In this document: one piece after another, positions 47,762-56,924 of the stretch
Position numbering within the stretch: position 1 is the stretch's first letter
Layout of the letters: the number at the start of each line of letters is the position of its first letter
From: Candidatus Kaiserbacteria bacterium
Lineage (GTDB): Bacteria; Patescibacteriota; Minisyncoccia; Phycocordibacterales; UBA2100
Assembly (NCBI GenBank): GCA_017134395.1
Contig: CP070993.1
Coordinates: 526,199 to 590,198, forward strand
Length of the DNA: 64,000 nt
Direction: 5' to 3'
Made by a program: the position numbers and the translations under genes
Notes under the pieces: model-generated
Told to the model about the DNA's origin: nothing
The model's input: only the letters and a program-made list of their open reading frames with translations
Databases searched by the model: none

Positions 47762-48370
47762 ATGAAATTCATTCTTGCAACAAAACAGAAGATGACTCAG
47801 ATATTCGATGAAACAGGAAAGGTATTTCCTGCAACTGTTGTAAGTGCTGGTCCGGTTACCGTTACTCAAGTAAAGAACGCAGACGTAGATGGTTACGAAT
47901 CTGTACAGATCGGTTTTGGTGAAGAAAAAGAAAAGAATTTAAAGAAGGCACAAAAAGGACACTTTGGAGATCTTGGATCTTTCAAAACACTTCGTGAGTT
48001 CCGCGTACCAAATGGTGAAGTACAAAAAGGAGATGTTATTGACGCTACTGCTTTTGAAATAGGCGACAAGGTTACGGTCAGTGCTATCAGTAAAGGTAAG
48101 GGAAACCAAGGTGTGGTAAAGCGCCATAACTTTGCAGGAGGAAACCGAACTCATGGTAACAAGCACTCAGAGCGACGTCCTGGTTCTATTGGTTCTACTG
48201 GTCCTCAGCGCGTGTTGAAGGGTCTAAAAATGATGGGGCGCATGGGTAGCGATCGTGTTACCGTGAAGAACTTGAAGGTTCTACAAATCGACAAAGATAC
48301 CAACACATTGGTAATTTCAGGGGCAATTCCTGGTCGCCCTGGAACATTAATTGAGATTCATCACGCATAG
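47762..48370 (+). CDS. rplC: 50S ribosomal protein L3
   Basis: SKGKGNQGVVKRHNF, RRPGSIG. Confidence 0.98.
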   Translation: MKFILATKQKMTQIFDETGKVFPATVVSAGPVTVTQVKNADVDGYESVQIGFGEEKEKNLKKAQKGHFGDLGSFKTLREFRVPNGEVQKGDVIDATAFEIGDKVTVSAISKGKGNQGVVKRHNFAGGNRTHGNKHSERRPGSIGSTGPQRVLKGLKMMGRMGSDRVTVKNLKVLQIDKDTNTLVISGAIPGRPGTLIEIHHA

Positions 48371-48373
48371 CCT

Positions 48374-49060
48374 ATGAAATCAGATATTTACACACAAGAA
48401 GGAAAGAAGAAGGGCAGTGTTGAATTACCAGCATCAGTATTTGAAGCTGCATGGAAGAGTTCACTTGTACACCAAGTGGTAGTAGGAATGCAGGCAAACG
48501 CACGTACTCCAATTGCTCACACAAAGATTCGTAGTGAAGTAAAAGGTGGTGGAAAGAAACCTTGGAAACAAAAAGGAACTGGACGAGCACGACATGGTTC
48601 AAGCCGAAGTCCTATTTGGAGGGGTGGTGGAGCAACATTTGGTCCACGAAACGATAAGATTTTCGCAAAGAAGATCAACCGAAAGATGCGAACACAGGCA
48701 CTCTACAGCGTGCTTTCTCGAAAAGTTAAGGAAGGACAAGTGCTTTTTGTAGACTCACTTACTTTTGAGGCGCCAAAGGCATCACAAGCACATACGGTGA
48801 TTGCTAACCTTGCAGGTGTATCAGGGTTTGAAACTTTAGCATCAAAGAAGCACAATACAGCACTGATTGTTCTTGCAGAAAAGAACGTAAACATACAAAA
48901 GAGCTTCAGTAACTTTGGTAACATAAAGGTTGGACTTACAGAAAACCTCAACACAGTAGATGCGTTGAAGTACAAGAGTTTGATTATCGTTTCACCAGAG
49001 GAAAGTATTAAAGCACTTGAGGAGCGAGCAGAAATATCTCGTATAAATGAAACAGAATAG
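48374..49060 (+). CDS. rplD: 50S ribosomal protein L4
   Basis: KPWKQKGTGRARHGS. Confidence 0.98.
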   Translation: MKSDIYTQEGKKKGSVELPASVFEAAWKSSLVHQVVVGMQANARTPIAHTKIRSEVKGGGKKPWKQKGTGRARHGSSRSPIWRGGGATFGPRNDKIFAKKINRKMRTQALYSVLSRKVKEGQVLFVDSLTFEAPKASQAHTVIANLAGVSGFETLASKKHNTALIVLAEKNVNIQKSFSNFGNIKVGLTENLNTVDALKYKSLIIVSPEESIKALEERAEISRINETE

Positions 49061-49063
49061 CGT

Positions 49064-49477
49064 ATGGCATCATTATTTGGAAAAAAAGAAGAAGAAAAGA
49101 ATCCGCCAGCTGGCGGAGAGGAAGCTACACCGGTAGTTGAGGCAACCAAAAAAGAAACAAAGGCTGTAACGCACAAGGCTGTTGTTGATGGAAAAGAAGA
49201 CATTGCACGTGTATTGGCTCAACCACGTATGACAGAGAAAGCTACGCTTGGTATCGATAAGGGCGTATACGTATTCAATGTTGCACCTGATACAAACAAG
49301 AAGCAGATTAAGGAAGCCATCAAACTTGTATACAAGGTTGATCCGGTTAAGATTCATGTGACTACAATCCGTCGTAAGAGTGTTCGAAATTCACGCACTG
49401 GAATGAAGGGAGTAAAATCAGGAGGCAAAAAAGCCTACGTGTACCTTAAAAAGGGTGACACAATTTCACTAATGTAA
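49064..49477 (+). CDS. rplW: 50S ribosomal protein L23 with N-terminal extension
   Basis: PRMTEKA, NKKQIKEAI, KKAYVYL. Confidence 0.95.
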   Translation: MASLFGKKEEEKNPPAGGEEATPVVEATKKETKAVTHKAVVDGKEDIARVLAQPRMTEKATLGIDKGVYVFNVAPDTNKKQIKEAIKLVYKVDPVKIHVTTIRRKSVRNSRTGMKGVKSGGKKAYVYLKKGDTISLM

Positions 49478-49479
49478 GT

Positions 49480-50322
49480 ATGAAAAAGCATAAGCCAATA
49501 ACACCAGGTCGTCGCGGGATGACACGAGTTTCATACAAAGCTAAAGTTACGGTAAGTAAGCCTCTAAAGGCACTTACTAAAGGAATGAAGCGTGGAGTAG
49601 GACGAAACTCAGCAGGACGCATTACTACTCGACACAAAGGTGGTGGACACAAGCGCCGATGGCGAGAGATTGACTTCAGGTACGATAAGATTGGAATTCC
49701 AGCTAAAATCGAGACTGTTGAATACGATCCAAACCGAACTGCATACATTGGTCTCGCACTTTACGCAGATGGAGAACGACGTTACGTTGTTATCCCCAAG
49801 TCTGTAGAGGTAGGACACGAGTTCCTTATCGCAGAAGATGCACCGGTAAAGCCTGCAGGACGTCTACCATTAGGAAAGATTCCAATTGGAACATTCATCT
49901 ATAATATTGAAATAAAGCCAAATGGCGGTGCAAAATTGGCACGTTCTGCTGGAAACTATGCAGAAGTTATTGCTCACGACGCAGGATACACTCAAATCAA
50001 GATGCCTTCGTCAGAAGTTCGAAAAATATTGAGTACGGCATGGGCATGCATTGGTGAAGTTTCAAACGATGAACACAAGCTTGTAACTATCGGAAAAGCT
50101 GGGCGTGCACGACACATGGGACGCCGTCCAACAGTTCGTGGTGCTGCCATGAACGCCGTAGATCACCCACATGGTGGTGGTGAAGGTAAAGCAGGACGTG
50201 GACACCGTCGCGCACGAAGTAAGTGGGGTAAGCCTACAGGAAAGGGGCAGAAGACTCGAAAAGCAAAGAAATACTCAAACACACTTATTGTTCGTCGCCG
50301 AAAGGTTGGCAAAAAGCGATAA
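49480..50322 (+). CDS. rplB: 50S ribosomal protein L2
   Basis: EYDPNRTA, MNAVDHPHGGGEG; terminator at 50321-50359. Confidence 0.99.
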   Translation: MKKHKPITPGRRGMTRVSYKAKVTVSKPLKALTKGMKRGVGRNSAGRITTRHKGGGHKRRWREIDFRYDKIGIPAKIETVEYDPNRTAYIGLALYADGERRYVVIPKSVEVGHEFLIAEDAPVKPAGRLPLGKIPIGTFIYNIEIKPNGGAKLARSAGNYAEVIAHDAGYTQIKMPSSEVRKILSTAWACIGEVSNDEHKLVTIGKAGRARHMGRRPTVRGAAMNAVDHPHGGGEGKAGRGHRRARSKWGKPTGKGQKTRKAKKYSNTLIVRRRKVGKKR

Positions 50323-50364
50323 TAAAAAAACCGACAGCTCTGCTGTCGGTTTTTTTATTCAGAT

Positions 50365-51113
50365 AAAGTAAAAGGCCTCACGAATACATTCGCGAGGCCT
50401 TTTTTAGCGCTTAGGAACTTTTGAGATAGTTACCAATACGCGAACGGATCTTGCCATTCGGGGTATTTCTCATCAAGCCAAGCCAGAGCTTGTTTCCAAC
50501 ACCCACTCTCTTTGTGCTTACCTATATCTTCGTAAGTACCTGGAATTGAACGTATGACCTTTGCGCTTTCGGTATTTTGAATTGCAAAAAGGTCATTGGT
50601 CGGCAAGGTCCGATCTATAATTATTGTCGAACAGGGGACACCTTCATCTCCGCCAAGCATGTTATTGTATGGGCGAAAGCGTGTCAGTAATGTCGTGTGA
50701 TATTCTGGTGAACGATCACCGACATTTACATTAACTTCACCTCGACAACGATGCTGGTCGTCGAAGAGGCCTTTGGTTTCCCACCCTTTTTCCTCATGAG
50801 GTATCGTACCTATTGTCCAGCCATGAGGCAGAGAATGGCAATAAACATGACCGCCTGCTTTTTCGAGAACAAAACCCGCAGCCTGCATTTTTTTGAAATG
50901 TTCGTCAGGAAAACGATACGGTTCTCTTTCAGCTCGCCGTGGGGCAAGTTCGAAATAGACATAGTTAAGATCAATGTACTCATTAGGCATAGTAACCTCC
51001 TGTGGTTATTTCCTAAAATTAGAGTACAGCTTTTGACTATTTTAAGCAATGCTATTTCGAATTTAAGAAGATAAAAAGTAAAAGGCCTCACGAATACATC
51101 CGTGAGGCCTTTT
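50365..51113 (-). repeat. 39-bp direct repeat (terminator hairpin) at 50365-50403 and 51075-51113
   Basis: AAAGTAAAAGGCCTCACGAATACAT(T/C)CG(C/T)GAGGCCTTTT, 2 mismatches, one copy behind each inserted ORF. Confidence 0.85.
50430..50990 (-). CDS. Hypothetical protein inserted in the S10 operon
   Basis: GGAGG SD; globular composition, ends WLDEKYPEWQDPFAYW. Confidence 0.75.
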   Translation of the reverse strand: MPNEYIDLNYVYFELAPRRAEREPYRFPDEHFKKMQAAGFVLEKAGGHVYCHSLPHGWTIGTIPHEEKGWETKGLFDDQHRCRGEVNVNVGDRSPEYHTTLLTRFRPYNNMLGGDEGVPCSTIIIDRTLPTNDLFAIQNTESAKVIRSIPGTYEDIGKHKESGCWKQALAWLDEKYPEWQDPFAYW

Positions 51114-51128
51114 GGAGTTTGAAGGTGT

Positions 51129-51344
51129 TTATTTATTTAGAGACTTAAGCTCTGCGCGATACTCATTCAAACGTTCTTGCAGCTCAATTTCTTGTTGCCC
51201 TGCAGCCTCTTCGATAGCTTCTTCAACCCGACCGATTGCGAGTAGAACCGCAAATTTGCAATCGAAAAGATCACGTTCATGGTCGCCTGCTTTTTCGGGT
51301 TCAATGGTGGTACCATCTCTAGAAACAGTGTAGCGAGTTTCCAT
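51129..51344 (-). CDS. Small hypothetical protein (71 aa) inserted in the S10 operon
   Basis: AAAGGAG SD before METRYTV; repeat terminator downstream. Confidence 0.6.
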   Translation of the reverse strand: METRYTVSRDGTTIEPEKAGDHERDLFDCKFAVLLAIGRVEEAIEEAAGQQEIELQERLNEYRAELKSLNK

Positions 51345-51553
51345 GTACAAGCTCCTTTCTGTACAAGGCACATTCAAGGTACCAAAACTCATAGTATGCT
51401 GCATATATATTTCCGCAAGGGGCGCAGGAGCACAATAAGATTGACTTATCGGCCAATTTCGCATAGTATATGCGGCACGCCACTGAGGCGGCTTTTTATT
51501 GCAAAGCGAGAGGAGCTCACAAGCCTCTCTGTACAGGCAATATATCCAACAAT

Positions 51554-51883
51554 ATGACACGATCAATAAAAAAAGGACCTTACGTCGACGCTAAGTTGAT
51601 GAAAAAAATTACCGGAAAAACTCCAGAAGATAGTGGGGTAATTAACACGTGGGCACGTGGAAGTGATATCGCACCAGAAATGGTAGGGTTTACATTTGGT
51701 GTACACAACGGACGAAAGCACATTGATGTGCTCGTTACTGACGATATGGTAGGACACAAACTTGGTGAATTTTCACCAACTAAGACGTTCCACCGACATG
51801 GAGGTAAGATGCAGAAGGAGCTTGAGGTAAAGAAGAAAGAAGCTGAAGTAACTGCAGCAAAAGCTGCGAAAGCAGCAGCATAA
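51554..51883 (+). CDS. rpsS: 30S ribosomal protein S19
   Basis: [22 protein letters not shown]; own promoter TTGACT-17-TAGTAT at 51441-51469. Confidence 0.98.
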   Translation: MTRSIKKGPYVDAKLMKKITGKTPEDSGVINTWARGSDIAPEMVGFTFGVHNGRKHIDVLVTDDMVGHKLGEFSPTKTFHRHGGKMQKELEVKKKEAEVTAAKAAKAAA

Positions 51884-51891
51884 TACGTAGT

Positions 51892-52221
51892 ATGAAAGCA
51901 TTTTTGAAAAATTACTCACAATCACCACGCAAGGTACGCCTTGTAGCTGATTTGATACGTGGAAAAGATGCGCAACACGCACGTGCTATTTTGTCATTTA
52001 TGGACAAAAAATCAGCACCTGACCTTAAAAAGCTTCTTGAATCAGCACTTGCAAACGCTGTAGACCAAAAAAAGAATACAGAAGATTTGATAGTAAAAGA
52101 AATATTTGTTGATTCAGCAGGAGGAGCACTACGTCGTTGGCGTCCACGTGCTTTCGGCCGCGCTGCACCATTTCGCCGTCGTTCAAGTAAAATAACCCTT
52201 CAATTAGGGGAAAAAGAATAA
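51892..52221 (+). CDS. rplV: 50S ribosomal protein L22
   Basis: SPRKVRLVADLIRGK, PRAFGRA. Confidence 0.98.
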   Translation: MKAFLKNYSQSPRKVRLVADLIRGKDAQHARAILSFMDKKSAPDLKKLLESALANAVDQKKNTEDLIVKEIFVDSAGGALRRWRPRAFGRAAPFRRRSSKITLQLGEKE

Positions 52222-52222
52222 T

Positions 52223-52891
52223 ATGACACACACTGTACATCCATATGCCCACCGTTTAGGAATTATTCGCGACTGGAAGTCACGATGGTTTGGAACAAGT
52301 GCGAAACAATACCGCGAGAATCTTCGTGTAGACACATTGGTACGTACATATCTTACAAAGCGACTACGTGGGCTCTATGTAACTGCTCTTGAAATTGAGC
52401 GAGGCGAAAAAGAGCTTCGTCTAAACATCAAAACGTCACGTCCTGGTATGGTTATCGGACGCTCAGGAGAGGGTACACAGAAGCTTCTTGTTGATATTAC
52501 CAAGCAACTACGAAAACTTCGCCTCGGTGATGATATGCCAAAGGTAAAGATTGACGTTGAAGAAGTACGTTCGCCAGAATCTCACGCTGCTATCGTTGCG
52601 TACATGGTTGCTGAAGGGCTCGAAAAACGAATGCCGCATCGTCGTATCTTAAAGCAAACAGTTGAAAAGGTTATGGCTAACCGAGACGTTAAAGGAGTAC
52701 GTATTGCACTTGCCGGACGACTTGGAGGAGCTGAAATGGCACGTCGTGAAGAAATTAAGCGCGGACGAATTCCACTGCAGACATTCCGAGCAGACATCGA
52801 TTACGCAAAAGAAAAGGCCTATCTTCCATACGGTATCGTTGGAATTAAGGTGTGGGTATACCGCGGAGATATTTTCGAAGACACTAAATAG
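52223..52891 (+). CDS. rpsC: 30S ribosomal protein S3
   Basis: RPGMVIGR, GRLGGAEMAR, PLQTFRADIDY. Confidence 0.98.
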   Translation: MTHTVHPYAHRLGIIRDWKSRWFGTSAKQYRENLRVDTLVRTYLTKRLRGLYVTALEIERGEKELRLNIKTSRPGMVIGRSGEGTQKLLVDITKQLRKLRLGDDMPKVKIDVEEVRSPESHAAIVAYMVAEGLEKRMPHRRILKQTVEKVMANRDVKGVRIALAGRLGGAEMARREEIKRGRIPLQTFRADIDYAKEKAYLPYGIVGIKVWVYRGDIFEDTK

Positions 52892-52902
52892 ATTGAGCGC
52901 GT

Positions 52903-53322
52903 ATGTTATTTCCTAAAAAAGCAAAATACCGAAAGTGGCAAACTGGCCGCAAAAATGCCAAGAAACTTGCACGTCCTGAAACACGTGGAGTAGAGGTAGC
53001 TTTTGGTGCATACGGCCTTAAGGCAATGGGGCAAGCACGTATTACCTCAAACCAAATCGAGGCATCACGAAAGGTCATTACACGTACTATTGGAAAGCTT
53101 GGAAAGATGTGGATTCGCATCTTCCCAGATCGACCGTTTACTCAAAAAGCGGCTGAAGTAGGTATGGGTAAGGGAAAGGGTGACCCACAAGGGTACGTGA
53201 CTGATGTTCGAGCTGGACGAATTTTGTTTGAAGTTGATGGTGTCTCAGAAGAAGTGGCACGCGTTGCTCTGCGTAAGGCGAGCATGAAGATGCCAATCAA
53301 AACTAAGATTGTGGCCCGATAA
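52903..53322 (+). CDS. rplP: 50S ribosomal protein L16
   Basis: WIRIFPD, MGKGKG. Confidence 0.98.
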   Translation: MLFPKKAKYRKWQTGRKNAKKLARPETRGVEVAFGAYGLKAMGQARITSNQIEASRKVITRTIGKLGKMWIRIFPDRPFTQKAAEVGMGKGKGDPQGYVTDVRAGRILFEVDGVSEEVARVALRKASMKMPIKTKIVAR

Positions 53323-53327
53323 TTTGT

Positions 53328-53519
53328 ATGAAAGATTTAAAGAAAAAAAGTGATAAAGATTTAGAGAAGCTTATACGTGAAAAGCGTGAGGAGTTACGTG
53401 AGTTCCGCTTTAAGAGTGCTGGCTCACGTACACGGAATGTCCGGGAAGGGCGCAATACACGAAAAGAAATTGCACAAATTTTGACTGAACTTACACTTCG
53501 GACTAAAGTAGCAAAATAA
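53328..53519 (+). CDS. rpmC: 50S ribosomal protein L29
   Basis: Size, position, RKEIAQILT. Confidence 0.93.
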   Translation: MKDLKKKSDKDLEKLIREKREELREFRFKSAGSRTRNVREGRNTRKEIAQILTELTLRTKVAK

Positions 53520-53521
53520 TT

Positions 53522-53788
53522 ATGGAAGATACAAACACACAAAAAGCAGGAAAGACATTGCGCGGCACCGTAGTAGGTGTTGAGATGAAAGATACTGCGA
53601 AAGTAGCCGTTGCTCGATACGTAAAGCATCCTAAGTACAAGAAGTTCATCAAGCAGGTGAAGAAGTTCTTGGTGCATGATCCAGAAAATACTGCTTCAGT
53701 GGGGGACAAGGTAGTTATTCGTGAATCACGACCAATATCAAAGCGTAAAAACTTTGTGCTCGAGAGCAACGAAAGCACAACTAAGTAA
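53522..53788 (+). CDS. rpsQ: 30S ribosomal protein S17
   Basis: HPKYKK, ESRPISKRK. Confidence 0.97.
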   Translation: MEDTNTQKAGKTLRGTVVGVEMKDTAKVAVARYVKHPKYKKFIKQVKKFLVHDPENTASVGDKVVIRESRPISKRKNFVLESNESTTK

Positions 53789-53793
53789 CATAT

Positions 53794-54165
53794 ATGATTC
53801 AACCGCAAACAATAGTAAAAATCACCGATAACTCAGGAGGTAAAATTGCCCGCGTTTTCAAAGTACTCGGTGGATCAAAACGACGGTACGCACGTATTGG
53901 AGATGAGGTGGTTATTGCTGTACAAAGTGCAGAACCACGAAAGCAGGTAAAGAAGAAAGATGTACTGCGCGCTGTTGTAGTACGACAAGTACAGCCGTTT
54001 CGTCGTCGCGATGGTTCATACATTCGCTTTGACGAAAACGCTGTAGTGATTGTTGAAAAAGGAAAGAAAGAACCAAAGGCAAACCGTGTATTTGGTCCTA
54101 TTCCTCGAGAGATTTCAGAACGTGGTTATCAGAAAATCGTGTCGCTTGCACCTGAAGTAGTATAG
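53794..54165 (+). CDS. rplN: 50S ribosomal protein L14
   Basis: DNSGGK, IRFDENA, SLAPEV. Confidence 0.98.
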   Translation: MIQPQTIVKITDNSGGKIARVFKVLGGSKRRYARIGDEVVIAVQSAEPRKQVKKKDVLRAVVVRQVQPFRRRDGSYIRFDENAVVIVEKGKKEPKANRVFGPIPREISERGYQKIVSLAPEVV

Positions 54166-54174
54166 ATTTTGAAT

Positions 54175-54483
54175 ATGAAGATTAAAAAAGGAGACAAAGT
54201 AATAGTTATCGCAGGGAAAGACAAAGGAAAGTCTGGGGCGGTACTTCGCGCACTTCCACGAGAAGACAAGGTGATTGTTGAGGGTGTAAACGTTGCTAAG
54301 CGTCACCAAAAAGCACGTCGCGGAGGAGAAAGTGGACAAATTATCGACAAAACACTTCCCGTACACATTTCAAACGTTGCGCTCGCCGACCCTAAGGGTG
54401 GAAAGCCAACTCGAATTGGCATTGAACGCAAAGACGGAAAGCGTGTACGAGTTGCTAAGAAGAGTGGAACAGTAATAAAGTAA
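54175..54483 (+). CDS. rplX: 50S ribosomal protein L24
   Basis: [21 protein letters not shown]. Confidence 0.98.
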   Translation: MKIKKGDKVIVIAGKDKGKSGAVLRALPREDKVIVEGVNVAKRHQKARRGGESGQIIDKTLPVHISNVALADPKGGKPTRIGIERKDGKRVRVAKKSGTVIK

Positions 54484-54484
54484 T

Positions 54485-55027
54485 ATGGAAACACTAGCTG
54501 AAAAACAAACAAATATGTTCAAAGCGCTTAAAGAGCGTTTTGGATACAAGAGCATTATGCAAACACCAAAGCTCGATAAAATCGTTATCTCTGCAAAGGT
54601 TGGTTCAATGAACGACAAAAACAAGATTGCACTTGTCGTTGATCGTCTTGCAAAAATTACCGGACAGCAGCCAAAAGCAAACCCTGCTAAGAAGTCAATT
54701 GCTACGTTCAAATTACGAGAAGGAACTATTATTGGGTACTCTGTAACGCTGCGAGGACAACGAATGCGTAATTTCCTCGACAAACTCATTCATGTTGCAC
54801 TTCCTCGAACACGTGACTTCCGCGGATTAGAGGTAACTGCAATTGATGAGATGGGCAATTACACTATTGGTATTAAAGAACACACTATTTTCCCAGAAAC
54901 TTCTGATGAAGATCTTCGAGACGTATTTGGACTTGGTGTGACACTTGTCACAACCGCAAAAACAAAAGAAGAAGCAGAAGCATTCTTGCGAGAAATCGGA
55001 CTTCCTCTAAAGAAAACAGCAGAATAA
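54485..55027 (+). CDS. rplE: 50S ribosomal protein L5
   Basis: KKSIATFKLREG, LPRTRDFRG. Confidence 0.98.
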   Translation: METLAEKQTNMFKALKERFGYKSIMQTPKLDKIVISAKVGSMNDKNKIALVVDRLAKITGQQPKANPAKKSIATFKLREGTIIGYSVTLRGQRMRNFLDKLIHVALPRTRDFRGLEVTAIDEMGNYTIGIKEHTIFPETSDEDLRDVFGLGVTLVTTAKTKEEAEAFLREIGLPLKKTAE

Positions 55028-55097
55028 ACTAAAAACCGACTCTTAGGGTCGATTTTTTATATCTACGTAGGTACTTAGCGCTGATTACATACAAGAG

Positions 55098-55137
55098 TCA
55101 TAAACCATCAGAATGCAGGCATTCTGATGGTTTATGA
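55098..55137. repeat. Palindrome homologous to 47592-47627
   Basis: TCATAAACCATCAGAATGC-AG-GCATTCTGATGGTTTATGA. Confidence 0.75.
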
Positions 55138-55190
55138 GACACTGTCGTGCTTAATCATTAAGGCGTGTATTTCCACTCTCGTTACCTTTA

Positions 55191-55445
55191 TTGACTTTGT
55201 ATACCACCTCAGGTAATATGCTCGCACCTGAAGAAGGTCACAGTTTCATGCGTGCAAGAAGGATTGCACAAAACACAGCTACAAAGACTCTTTGTAGCCA
55301 ACATGAGTGACCTTTAATCAAAAGGTCAATTTTAAATAAGGAACAGAGTTTTACGAAGTAAAACGACAATTCCGAATTTATGCCGCGCACTTCGTGACGT
55401 TTAGGAACGTTAGTGCAGCCGGCTAAAAAGAACATATCAATATTT
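55191..55445 (+). promoter_or_regulatory. Internal promoter and ~220-nt structured leader of rpsN
   Basis: TTGACT-17-TAATAT; AAGGTCAC...GTGACCTT enclosing two hairpins. Confidence 0.55.
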
Positions 55446-55631
55446 ATGGCAAAGAAATCAATGATTGCGCGAGCACAAAAGACACCGAAATTCCTTTCGC
55501 GTGTTGTTCGCCGTTGTTTCAAGTGTGGACGCCCACGAGGCTACATGCGTGCTTTTGACCTGTGTCGTATCTGCTTCCGAGAAGAGGCACTAGAAGGACA
55601 CATCCCCGGAATTAAGAAATCATCATGGTAG
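55446..55631 (+). CDS. rpsN: 30S ribosomal protein S14, Zn-binding type
   Basis: CFKCGRPR...LCRICFR. Confidence 0.97.
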   Translation: MAKKSMIARAQKTPKFLSRVVRRCFKCGRPRGYMRAFDLCRICFREEALEGHIPGIKKSSW

Positions 55632-56020
55632 GCGACCCGATAGGAGACTTCATAGTGCGTTTAAAGAACGCCGGCGCAGTAAAGCACGAAGGTGTGGCAC
55701 TTCCGCATTCTAAGATGAAAATGGCTGTTGCTGAAGTTCTTAAGAATGCTGGATTCATCAAGTCTGTTGAAAAGCAAGGAAAGAAGATTCGAAAGACTAT
55801 TCATGTTGAACTTATGTATAAAGAAGATGGAACACCACGTATTACAGAAGTGAAGCGTGTTTCAAAGCCGGGACGTCGTGTATACAAAGGAGCAGATGAA
55901 ATTTTTCCTGTGCGTTACGGTAAAGGAATGCTCGTGCTCTCAACACCAAAAGGTATTTTGACAGATTCACAGGCACGAAAGGAGCGAGTTGGAGGAGAGG
56001 CGTTATTTGAAATTTGGTAA
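55625..56020 (+). CDS. rpsH: 30S ribosomal protein S8
   Basis: [19 protein letters not shown]. Confidence 0.98.
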   Translation: MVGDPIGDFIVRLKNAGAVKHEGVALPHSKMKMAVAEVLKNAGFIKSVEKQGKKIRKTIHVELMYKEDGTPRITEVKRVSKPGRRVYKGADEIFPVRYGKGMLVLSTPKGILTDSQARKERVGGEALFEIW

Positions 56021-56021
56021 T

Positions 56022-56558
56022 ATGAGTCGAATTGGTAAACAAGCTATTGTTATTCCTGCGGGAGTCGAAGTATCTATCACAGATAATGTTATTTCAGTGA
56101 AGGGTAAAGGAGGAGAACTGCAAAAAAATCTTCACGATGACGTTTCTATTGTGGTAGATGGAGAGGCAGTTGTGGTGACTCCCAAGAACGAGACACGAGC
56201 TGCTCAAGCTCTCTGGGGAACATTCTCTTCTCATATGCGAAACATGATTGACGGTGTGAACACACCTTTTGAAAAAAAGCTCCTCGTAGAAGGAGTTGGT
56301 TTCAAGGTAGATTTGAGCGGTTCAAAACTTGTACTGAACGTTGGATTCTCGCATCCAATAGAAATGATAGTTCCTGATGGGTTAGACGTGTCTGTTGAAA
56401 AGAACGAAATAACTATCAAAGGAGCAAACAAAGAAACTGTTGGTCAGTTCGCTGCTAACGTGCGAGCAAACAAAAAGCCAGAACCGTACAAAGGGAAAGG
56501 TATTCGTTACCATGATGAAGTGGTTCGTCGAAAGGAAGGTAAGCGCGCAACCGCATAG
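56022..56558 (+). CDS. rplF: 50S ribosomal protein L6
   Basis: MSRIGK, PEPYKGKGIRY. Confidence 0.98.
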   Translation: MSRIGKQAIVIPAGVEVSITDNVISVKGKGGELQKNLHDDVSIVVDGEAVVVTPKNETRAAQALWGTFSSHMRNMIDGVNTPFEKKLLVEGVGFKVDLSGSKLVLNVGFSHPIEMIVPDGLDVSVEKNEITIKGANKETVGQFAANVRANKKPEPYKGKGIRYHDEVVRRKEGKRATA

Positions 56559-56571
56559 AGCATAATTACGT

Positions 56572-56919
56572 ATGGATACTCAAATTAAAACATTACGACG
56601 AACACGACGAAAGAATCGCATCCGAGCGAAGGTTGTAGGAACTGCAACTCGTCCACGTCTTGCAATGTACCGTTCAAACCGACAGGTAACTGCACAACTC
56701 ATTGATGACGAAGCCAACGTAACAATCGCTTCAGTGAGCACAGCAAACCAAAAAGGCGCTACTCCAAAGGAAAAGTGTGTTGCAGCAGCTGGTGCGTTAG
56801 CTGAGGCAGCAAAAGCAAAGAAAATTACTTCAGTAGTTTTTGACCGAGGAGGGTATCTTTACACTGGTAACATTAAAGCCTTTGCTGACGCGGCACGTGA
56901 GGCAGGCCTTACATTTTAA
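56572..56919 (+). CDS. rplR: 50S ribosomal protein L18
   Basis: RPRL, VVFDRGGY. Confidence 0.98.
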   Translation: MDTQIKTLRRTRRKNRIRAKVVGTATRPRLAMYRSNRQVTAQLIDDEANVTIASVSTANQKGATPKEKCVAAAGALAEAAKAKKITSVVFDRGGYLYTGNIKAFADAAREAGLTF

Positions 56920-56924
56920 ATAGT

